A stretch of DNA of 64,000 bases from Candidatus Woesearchaeota archaeon (GTDB taxonomy: Archaea; Nanobdellota; Nanobdellia; Woesearchaeales; ARS49). The DNA lies in assembly GCA_016203225.1 (NCBI GenBank), contig JACQNC010000014.1, positions 91,715-155,714 on the forward strand, read 5' to 3'. How positions within the stretch are numbered: position 1 is the first letter of the stretch; each line of letters begins with the position of its first letter. The notes below the pieces were generated by a model. It worked only from the letters and a program-made list of their open reading frames with translations. It searched no databases and had not been told where the DNA came from. Below are positions 56,858 through 64,000 of the stretch, piece by piece. Made by a program: the position numbers and the translations under genes.

Positions 56858-57938
56858 AGCGTGATTCGAGCGCGCCGATATGCTGCTCGATGAATGCCTC
56901 TAGCTCAAGGTGCGTCTTCAGTTCGCGGAAGTTCTGCGGACCATCAATCACGGGTTCCCTCACGTCTGGCCACTGCAGGCGGTGTGCCTGCACTCTTGCC
57001 GCCTTTTTGTCGTACTTGGTGTGGAGCGCCTGTTCGGCAAGCACGATGACCTCTTTAGATGCATTGCCGAACACAACGGACTGGCGTTGCGCACGCTCGA
57101 TCACAATGTCGAACATCCTCGTGAACGCCACAGGATCGATCTCCTGGACATCGGTGAAATCCAGCACGATATGCTCGGCCTTCGCGAGGTGGCTTGCTTG
57201 GATCAGCCGGGAATTGAACGTGATTACATCCTCGGGCTTGGCAAGACCCTCGATCACAACTGTCGGCTCGTCCTTTATTCGGTAGACTGGAAGCTTGAAC
57301 AGGTTTGCCACGTAGTTCACCGCAGAGAGAACCCAAGTGAGGTGCAGCTTCTTCATCCGTTCCTCGACAGGCATCGCGAGCGTGATGAGCGCGCCCGCAT
57401 AATCAAGACCATAACTGGTAGGATGCTTATAGAGATAGACATCGTCCTGGAACACGACCCCTGTTCCGTCTTTTTTCCTGAGCGGAATCGCGGAGTTGAT
57501 GATGAGCTTCTCGAGCGGCGACTGCCTGAAATCCGCGATAATCTTGCGCACGTTCGCTTCCTTGCCCTCGGGCGAAATCAGGTGGAGGTCATGAAGATCC
57601 TCACGGAACCTCGTCACCCTACGCTGGACCACGGCGACATCGCCCTCCTGCTCAGCGATGATGGCTATGCGGTTCGCCATCGGCCGGAGCGCGTCCACGT
57701 AGAGATGCGATGACAGGTATTCCCGGAAATGCTTCCGGGGTGCCACGAGCTCCTTCGGATCGTAACCAGTGATGCTCGTGATTCCTGGGCTCGCGTAGGC
57801 GATCTCGGACTGGCTGTCAAGGATTATGAACGGGTACCGGAACGGCTTACGGTTACTATAGTGGTCGAGGGCCTGATCCTTAATGAAGCTCACGCCCTGC
57901 GCTCTGCGCCATTCGGGATCAAGATCAGGATTTGTCAA
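56751..57938 (-). CDS. PAS-STAS domain protein. Its 3' end overlaps ogt by at least about 90 nt, and by about 107 nt as annotated.
   Basis: PAS-like segment (ITGYDPKEL). STAS-like C-terminal domain (LDFTDVQEIDPVAFTRMFDIV). Confidence 0.5.
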   Translation of the reverse strand: MTNPDLDPEWRRAQGVSFIKDQALDHYSNRKPFRYPFIILDSQSEIAYASPGITSITGYDPKELVAPRKHFREYLSSHLYVDALRPMANRIAIIAEQEGDVAVVQRRVTRFREDLHDLHLISPEGKEANVRKIIADFRQSPLEKLIINSAIPLRKKDGTGVVFQDDVYLYKHPTSYGLDYAGALITLAMPVEERMKKLHLTWVLSAVNYVANLFKLPVYRIKDEPTVVIEGLAKPEDVITFNSRLIQASHLAKAEHIVLDFTDVQEIDPVAFTRMFDIVIERAQRQSVVFGNASKEVIVLAEQALHTKYDKKAARVQAHRLQWPDVREPVIDGPQNFRELKTHLELEAFIEQHIGALESRYANTVPEQRVPPVQDDTAGKGIDVPATGKGAPEQP

Positions 57939-59103
57939 TCGTCTTCACCACTGCATTGAATGTGGTATCTGACGGTTTCTGTTTATAAGCTTTCGCCGCC
58001 TCGATTACGTCCTTGTCCTTGATCCTCATCCCTTTCTTCGTCAACACGTCGCGCCAGACCATCAGGAACTGGCAGAGTTGCGTGACGTTATGGGCTTTCT
58101 TGCTCTGATGCGTGCGTTCCCAGTCGATCAGGACGACCTTGTTTTTCGCGACGATGGCGTTCTTCAACGGGCGGTGCATCTCTTCCTTCGCGACTCCGAG
58201 CTTGTCCAACACGAACCCTTGATGCAGCAAGTCCCTGAGCAACGGCTTGATTTGGGCCTTCCTCGCTTTCGGCAGCCAGTCCTTCAGGAAAACCCCTTCG
58301 ACAAATTCGTACACGACAAGATCGGGCTTCGCCATGAGCAGTTTCGGGCCGAGCCCGTGCTTGTTGACTAGCTCGAGCGTCCTGCCCTCGTTCCTGACGC
58401 GGCCCTCGGCTTCACTGGTGGGCTTCTTGATCTTTATCGCGACCTTTCTGCCGTTGTGCATCGCCGTGAATATTACACCGCGCTGGCCTTCATCAAGGTA
58501 ATGGATGTCCGAGAACCCCATCGGCTCGAGTTTCTGCGCAGTCTCGTTCTTGGCCAATTGATAGATGAACAATTCCTCGAAGAACTGCCTGCTCGACGCC
58601 AACTGTTTGAACTCGAAACCGTTGAGCTTGATCAATTCCTCCACCTTGTGACGGTTCGTGAGGTTCGAGAAAAGCAAAAGGATAGAACCTCCTGTCTTCA
58701 GATGATGCGGCGCGTCCGCGAGGAAACGCTCCACGACCTCGTATCCTTTCTTGCCTCCGATGAGCGCCATGTCCGGCTTGTTCTTGTCAGCCGGAAGGTA
58801 TGGCGGGTTGAAGATGATAGTGTCGAACTGCGTGCCTTTGAGCTTGCCTTTCTTGAACACGGCGAAGAGATCCGAGACGTAGCATTCGAGCTTGCGTTTC
58901 TTGATCGTCCGCTTGCAGTGCTTGACTGCAGCGGGATTCTTGTCGACAGCGATGACGCGCTCGACCTGTCTCAATTCCAGCGCAGCCTCTGCCTGGATGC
59001 CCGAGCCGGTGCCCATATCCAACACGACACCTTTCGCGTTCTTCCGGACCTGGTCCGAGAGCAACAAAGAATCCTCACGCGGCTCGTAGATGCTCTTTTT
59101 CAC
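57925..59103 (-). CDS. Fusion of Mtq2/HemK-like glutamine-N5 methyltransferase with an atypical Bud32/RIO/Kdo-kinase-like domain
   Basis: N-terminal motifs YEPREDSLLL, DMGTGSG, NPPY. The C-terminal kinase-like fold has VAIK and IDWE, but the catalytic loop reads HRPLKN and lacks the canonical Asp. Confidence 0.65.
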   Translation of the reverse strand: MKKSIYEPREDSLLLSDQVRKNAKGVVLDMGTGSGIQAEAALELRQVERVIAVDKNPAAVKHCKRTIKKRKLECYVSDLFAVFKKGKLKGTQFDTIIFNPPYLPADKNKPDMALIGGKKGYEVVERFLADAPHHLKTGGSILLLFSNLTNRHKVEELIKLNGFEFKQLASSRQFFEELFIYQLAKNETAQKLEPMGFSDIHYLDEGQRGVIFTAMHNGRKVAIKIKKPTSEAEGRVRNEGRTLELVNKHGLGPKLLMAKPDLVVYEFVEGVFLKDWLPKARKAQIKPLLRDLLHQGFVLDKLGVAKEEMHRPLKNAIVAKNKVVLIDWERTHQSKKAHNVTQLCQFLMVWRDVLTKKGMRIKDKDVIEAAKAYKQKPSDTTFNAVVKTIDKS

Positions 59104-59142
59104 GCGTTGGAATCAAGAGAATTCGTATTTAAAGGTTTGGAA

Positions 59143-59640
59143 CTAAGCCTGTTTGCGTACCCGTTTGCTCAAGTTCCCGGCAAATGTCGCCACAACAATT
59201 CCTCCGTAATACCCACTATACTCATGCGGCCGCGAGTGGTACCTGAGATCCCTGAATGACAGTCCACTCTCAGGCACCTCGCGGTTTACCGTAAGTTCCA
59301 ATCCCTCAGAACCTTGCGTGATGACGTTGAACAGCTCAAATGACGGTTTCCGGTCGCCCAACAGGCGTATCCTGACCTCACCGCAGGAAAGATCGGCATT
59401 CGCGCACCTGCCGATGGCGCGCAATGCTTTCCACGTCCTGAGAAGCAGATCTTCTGCTCGAACATGACATGGTGCTTCCATCGTCTCTGCGAACACAGCT
59501 TCTGCGTCTGCTGTCACTATCAGCTGCTGTGTGGGCCTGCCTGGATGATCAAGTACCTGCCAGCCAGGGAGAACGCCTCCCGGGCATTGCGCAAGAACTG
59601 CGGGCCGATCCGGGAGATACGCACGACTGATGTGCCTCAT
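59143..59640 (-). CDS. Hypothetical protein (start uncertain; the ORF is open up to 59823)
   Basis: Internal Met chosen to avoid overlap with the small zinc-ribbon gene. Confidence 0.3.
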   Translation of the reverse strand: MRHISRAYLPDRPAVLAQCPGGVLPGWQVLDHPGRPTQQLIVTADAEAVFAETMEAPCHVRAEDLLLRTWKALRAIGRCANADLSCGEVRIRLLGDRKPSFELFNVITQGSEGLELTVNREVPESGLSFRDLRYHSRPHEYSGYYGGIVVATFAGNLSKRVRKQA

Positions 59641-59705
59641 TTCGCGAGATGTAGCCAAGAATTCGAGACGATTGAATGAGTATCGTTGGACGACAGTCAC
59701 TGAAC

Positions 59706-59855
59706 TCACGAAAGAACACCCAAGCACTTCGTCTCCTTGTGTCCGCAGCCTTCGCACACCCAGTTGATGTACTTGGCGTTGCCTGATATGGAGGCGAAAT
59801 TCTTGATCATGCGCGCAGAACACCTAGGACAGCGCCCTTCCTTCTTCTCTTCCAT
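59706..59855 (-). CDS. Small zinc-ribbon protein (49 aa)
   Basis: TATA TTATATAG lies about 25 nt upstream of the ATG (leaderless). CPRC...CEGC. Confidence 0.4.
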   Translation of the reverse strand: MEEKKEGRCPRCSARMIKNFASISGNAKYINWVCEGCGHKETKCLGVLS

Positions 59856-60384
59856 GGCGTCCAAACGCCGCATCATTCTATATAAGCATTTTGTGTGTGC
59901 AGAATATGCAGTCACAAAGCATAAAAAGCGGGCCAGAAACTGCGGAGTCGTGCCCGGCTATAAGAGAAGAAGAGTCGAAAAAGAGTCCCCCGTAACCAGG
60001 GACCCAGATGGACGCACTTGGGCTGAGTTCCGACGCTACACCACCAAGACCCTCGCTGAAGCGCGGGCCTGGTTCGAGGTCGCAGGCTTCGACTACCGCG
60101 TCGTGCGCAAGGGCAAAGATCAAGCATTGTTTATCCTACGCGACCAACAGGACCAGGTCGCGAAGCGTTATGGCTGGGTGACGCTCATACAGGTCCTAGA
60201 CGCGGATGAGTCCGCTTCGATAAAGACCTGGCTCGACACGAAGAACATCGAATCACGACTCGTGCCCGGCCCGGATAACCGCGCGGCCGTTTGCGTGCAG
60301 CTGAAGGACCACGAGCGCGCAGCGCGCGAGTACAGCGCCGAACAACACGCTCAACGTTACCGGCAGAACGGACTCACGGGATAG
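59737..60384 (+). CDS. Hypothetical protein. The true start is probably well downstream of 59737, because the 5' part of the ORF runs through the TATA box.
   Basis: ORF with coding-like composition in its 3' two-thirds. Confidence 0.3.
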   Translation: MCPQPSHTQLMYLALPDMEAKFLIMRAEHLGQRPSFFSSMASKRRIILYKHFVCAEYAVTKHKKRARNCGVVPGYKRRRVEKESPVTRDPDGRTWAEFRRYTTKTLAEARAWFEVAGFDYRVVRKGKDQALFILRDQQDQVAKRYGWVTLIQVLDADESASIKTWLDTKNIESRLVPGPDNRAAVCVQLKDHERAAREYSAEQHAQRYRQNGLTG

Positions 60385-60817
60385 CGCGGAGGTATTCCTT
60401 CACGCGTTCGATTATGGTCTTCAGATAGAATTTCTCGATCTTCTCCTCGAACAAGTCAATCAGTTTCGCGTTCTCTGCGATACGGTACTGGTTACCGAGC
60501 TTCTCGACAAGATACAGGTCGCGCAGACGCTTCAATTGCCTTCGGATGTTCGACGGCGCTACACCGTGCACCTGCACCAAGGCTTTCTTCCTCGATTCCT
60601 TGACGCGCCTCTCGACCTCGACAGAGTCCAAAGACTCCTTTGATGCGATAAGCACGCCGAGGATGTCGACGATGACGTCGCGAGAATCGCCAGGCTGCAA
60701 CAGCCCGAGACTCAAGCAGATTTTCTTCATCAAATCGCGTCCGTGAAGGTCGTACGGTTTCTCGTACTTGCGCAGCGTGAGCTCTGCAAGCGGCTGTTCG
60801 CGGGCGACCTTCGGCAT
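60374..60817 (-). CDS. Hypothetical (possible winged-helix) protein
   Basis: 147-aa basic protein. Confidence 0.4.
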   Translation of the reverse strand: MPKVAREQPLAELTLRKYEKPYDLHGRDLMKKICLSLGLLQPGDSRDVIVDILGVLIASKESLDSVEVERRVKESRKKALVQVHGVAPSNIRRQLKRLRDLYLVEKLGNQYRIAENAKLIDLFEEKIEKFYLKTIIERVKEYLRAIP

Positions 60818-60856
60818 CGCTCGAAAGATTTAGGCGGAAGTATTTATGCTTTGCCG

Positions 60857-63800
60857 CTACTCTTCCTCTGAGACCACGTCGAAATGTATCGAGAATATCT
60901 CGTCCTTGACCTGTTCGGTCGAGTTGTGGTGGTGTTTTTTCGCGGGCGGCATAAGATCGAGCTTCAGCGACGACGCTCCCACTTTCTCTTTCATCTGTTC
61001 TGCCCAGTCCTTCAGCATCAGAACAAGAGATTCCTTGCCCTCGATGTGCAGGTCGATCCGGTCGGTCTTCTCCAAATTCGCCTTCTTGCGCGCTTCCTGG
61101 ATGCGGCGCGTGACCTCACGCGCATAGCCTTCTGCTTCGAGCTCGTCCGTGACCTCCTTGTCCAGGTACACGATCCCGTTTGAGAACGGCACCTCGACCA
61201 AGTGTCCAGGAACAGAGCGCGTGACGTTGAACTGGTCAGGCGTGAGAGTGAAATCCTTGCCATCGAATGATAACTTGTGCGTGCCTGCCCATTGCATGCT
61301 CTTGCGGATGTCGGCCAAATCCGCCTTCTGCAACGCCTGTACGACCTTCGGCGCGTCCTGTTTGAACGCCTTGCCGACAGCTGACGTGTTCACGCTGACC
61401 TGTTCCTTGACTTCAGGCAGCGAATCCTGCACTGCGACGTGCTTGACGTTCGTCTGCGTCTTGATGACGTTGCCTAGCGCTTGCACGGCTTTCTTGACAT
61501 CGGCGTCCATCGAGACTACTACGACACCCTTGACCGGCCATCTGACGCCGAGCTTGATCTTCTCGCGGCCGAACAATGCCGCCTGTATGATCGAGCCAGC
61601 GAGCTTGAAGTGCTGCTCCAACGCGGCATCGATCTCATGATTGTGCGGCTTGGGCCAGTCGAGCAAGTGCACGCTCTCCGCCTTCAATCCGAAAGCTTCG
61701 CGCATGTCCTGGTACATCTGCTCGGCGATGAACGGCGCGACAGGCGCGAACATAGCTACTGTGTCTAGCAGCACGCGATAGATAGTCGACACGACAGCGG
61801 TCTTCTCCTCCTCGGTGCCTGTGTTCGCCTTGTCGCGCACGAGCTGGATGTACGTGCGCGAAAGTTCGAGGTACAGGTCCTCGACCAGCCACGGCACCTC
61901 ATTCAGATGGTAGGAATCGAAGCGCTGCGTGATCTCCTTGATGGTCGTGTTGAGCTTGCTGAGGATGTACTTCTCTGGCACGTCAAGCGCGCATTTCTCC
62001 GACGGCGTGATGCCTGACGCCTTCGTCAGGTCAATCAGATAATTGTGGACGTTCCACAACACGAGCATGTTCTTGTACTTTAGCTTGATGTCCTCGAAAT
62101 TGTAGACTTGATCGAGGCCGGGTTGCGCAGACCCTATCTGGTAGTACCGCAAGGCGTCGGCGCCGTATTCCTTCACGATCTCCTCCGGCTCGATCTGGTT
62201 GCCTAGCGACTTCGACATCTTGCGCCCGAGCGCGTCGTCGATGAAACCGTGCATGTACACGGTCTTGAAGCTGGGCTTGCCGAACGCGAGCATTGAAGCC
62301 ACCATCAACAGGTTGAACCAACCCCTTATCTGGTCCTTGCCCTCCAAGATGAACTCCGCAGGGAACAACTTCTTGAACAAGTCATCGCGCTTCGGATAAT
62401 CGAGGCAATTCCACGACGCCGTGCCGGCATCGACCCAGACGTCGAAGATGTCCGGGATACGCCTCTTGACGCCGCCGCACGAGCACTTGTACGTGACCTC
62501 GTCGATCCAGGGCTTGTGCAGCTTGTTTACTTTTGCCTTTGCAGCCGCTTCCAATTCTTCGACAGAGCCGAAGACGTCGTACTTCGCGCAATTCTCGCAC
62601 CGCCAGATCGGGACAGGCGTGCCCCAGAAGTTCTGCTTCGTGATGCTGTTGTCACGGAGATTCTTGAGCCAGGAGTCGAACGCGTTGAACGCCGCTTCAG
62701 GCACCCACGCGATGCGCTTGTTTGCCTCTACCATCTTGTCCTTAAGGTCCTCGACCTTGAAGAACCACTGCTTCGTCGTGCGGAAGATGATCGGATCGTG
62801 GCAGCGCTGGCAGTGGGCGTACTCGTGCTCGACCTTGGTGGTCGCGATCAGGACGCCACGCTTCTGCAACGCATCGATGAATTTCGCATCGTCATTCTTT
62901 GCCTTCAAACCGCTGAATTCCTTCCAGTCAGCAGGGAATTTGCCTTGCTCGTCGACCACGTTCCACGCAGGCAGCCCGTTGCGGTGCCCCACCTCGTAGT
63001 CCTCAGGACCACAGCCCGGCGCGCAGTGCACGAGCCCAGTGCCGGCAGACGTGTCGACGTATTCCTCGCTCAAAACGACAGTGTGCGTCTTCGGGGATTG
63101 CCTCTTGATCTCCTTGTAGTCCTTGATGACGTCGCTGAACGGGTGCTCGTACTCGAGCCCTTCGAGCGTCGCGCCCTTGAACTCCTCCAAGACCCTCATC
63201 TGTTTCTCGGCGACGGCCGTGACGACGACTCCTGCGAGCGCTTTAGCGAGGATCCAGACCTCGTTGTCGACCTGCGCGCGGACGTAGTCGAGCTCAGGAT
63301 TGACCATGACCGCGAGGTTCAGCGGGATGGTCCACGGCGTCGTTGTCCAGATGACGAGGAACTCGTCCTTCCTGTCCTTCACAGGGAGCTTGACGAAGAT
63401 GCTCGTGTCGGTGACGGTCGCGTACTCCAATTCATGCTTGGCGAGGTTTGTCTGGCACGTCGCGCACCAGGACATCGTGCGAAGACCTTCGTACAGCCTG
63501 CTTTGCTCGTGCGCGCGCTTCGCGAGGAACCATTCACCGTTGATGAACTCGCGCGTGATTGGTTGGTAGGCGTTCTCGAAGTCCATCCAGACGCCGAGGC
63601 GCCGGAACGTGTCGTTCATGATCTTCATCATGTCGACAGAGAACTTCTCGCACTCGGTCGTGAATTTCGCGACGCCGAACTGCTCGATGTCCTTCTTTAG
63701 GAACACGTCGAACTTCTTGCGCACCTTGTTCTCAGTCGGAAGGCCGTGCATGTCGTAGCCAGCCCTGTCCCAGACGTCGAAGCCGGCCATGCGCTTGTAG

Positions 63801-63991
63801 CGCAACACCATGTCCTTCATGCACTTGTTCCAGCTCGTGCCGATGTGGACCTTGCCTGAAGTGTACGGCGGGCCGTCAAGGAAGTAGTACGGCTTCTTGC
63901 CCTTCACCTTCTCTTTGGCCTTTGCGTAGACTTTGTGCTGGTTCCAGAAATTCAGCACCGCAGGCTCCACCGCTTTTGGATCGTAACTCAT
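60857..63991 (-). CDS. ileS: Isoleucyl-tRNA synthetase
   Basis: HIGH-type motif (PYTSGKVHIGT), KMSKS, editing domain. 1044 aa. ATG at 63991. Confidence 0.95.
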   Translation of the reverse strand: MSYDPKAVEPAVLNFWNQHKVYAKAKEKVKGKKPYYFLDGPPYTSGKVHIGTSWNKCMKDMVLRYKRMAGFDVWDRAGYDMHGLPTENKVRKKFDVFLKKDIEQFGVAKFTTECEKFSVDMMKIMNDTFRRLGVWMDFENAYQPITREFINGEWFLAKRAHEQSRLYEGLRTMSWCATCQTNLAKHELEYATVTDTSIFVKLPVKDRKDEFLVIWTTTPWTIPLNLAVMVNPELDYVRAQVDNEVWILAKALAGVVVTAVAEKQMRVLEEFKGATLEGLEYEHPFSDVIKDYKEIKRQSPKTHTVVLSEEYVDTSAGTGLVHCAPGCGPEDYEVGHRNGLPAWNVVDEQGKFPADWKEFSGLKAKNDDAKFIDALQKRGVLIATTKVEHEYAHCQRCHDPIIFRTTKQWFFKVEDLKDKMVEANKRIAWVPEAAFNAFDSWLKNLRDNSITKQNFWGTPVPIWRCENCAKYDVFGSVEELEAAAKAKVNKLHKPWIDEVTYKCSCGGVKRRIPDIFDVWVDAGTASWNCLDYPKRDDLFKKLFPAEFILEGKDQIRGWFNLLMVASMLAFGKPSFKTVYMHGFIDDALGRKMSKSLGNQIEPEEIVKEYGADALRYYQIGSAQPGLDQVYNFEDIKLKYKNMLVLWNVHNYLIDLTKASGITPSEKCALDVPEKYILSKLNTTIKEITQRFDSYHLNEVPWLVEDLYLELSRTYIQLVRDKANTGTEEEKTAVVSTIYRVLLDTVAMFAPVAPFIAEQMYQDMREAFGLKAESVHLLDWPKPHNHEIDAALEQHFKLAGSIIQAALFGREKIKLGVRWPVKGVVVVSMDADVKKAVQALGNVIKTQTNVKHVAVQDSLPEVKEQVSVNTSAVGKAFKQDAPKVVQALQKADLADIRKSMQWAGTHKLSFDGKDFTLTPDQFNVTRSVPGHLVEVPFSNGIVYLDKEVTDELEAEGYAREVTRRIQEARKKANLEKTDRIDLHIEGKESLVLMLKDWAEQMKEKVGASSLKLDLMPPAKKHHHNSTEQVKDEIFSIHFDVVSEEE

Positions 63992-64000
63992 CGATGGACG

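Noticed and set aside
59737-59955. 5' part of the 215-aa + strand ORF
   Set aside because: It spans the TATA box at about 59880 and overlaps the better-supported leaderless minus-strand zinc-ribbon gene. Only the downstream part may be coding.
62516-63700. 394-aa + strand ORF
   Set aside because: It is antisense to ileS.

Overview
High-GC archaeal chromosomal segment. The archaeal origin is supported by a family-B DNA polymerase, TFB, RtcB plus archease, ribosomal proteins L10e and S17e, archaeal-type ProRS and IleRS, AMP phosphorylase, archaeal-type TpiA and two tRNAs (Val-GAC, Ser-TGA). Palindromic TTTATAAA-type TATA boxes sit about 24-30 nt upstream of many start codons, which implies leaderless mRNAs. 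No rRNA genes or CRISPR arrays were found.

Housekeeping genes are interleaved with:
- a redox block at the left edge (thioredoxin-reductase-like gene, Trx-like lipoprotein, CcdA, TlpA/DipZ-C-like), plus two further TrxR paralogues, one translationally coupled to a Rieske protein;
- bacterial-like signalling genes (a GGDEF diguanylate cyclase, a Hanks-type Ser/Thr kinase, a PAS-STAS protein, a receiver-like protein);
- an Mtq2-like methyltransferase fused to an atypical kinase-like domain;
- a putative cell-surface locus (32.3-37.2 kb) with two pilin-like proteins carrying class-III-type signal peptides, a Cys-rich tandem-duplicated lipoprotein and membrane proteins.

The most striking unexplained signal is a family of about 90-150 nt structured intergenic repeats. 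At least 9 copies are present, all in the same orientation, with terminal inverted pairing of CCCAGGC(GTGATGA) against (TCATCAC)GCCTGGG and a conserved core TATCGATTCAATAG...ACACCACTACAAACCTGCCTGGG. Four copies punctuate the surface locus. The family looks like an undescribed MITE/REP-like element or a small structured RNA family.

All coordinates, product calls and the by-eye GC statements come from manual reading of the sequence and motif recognition. No database search was run.
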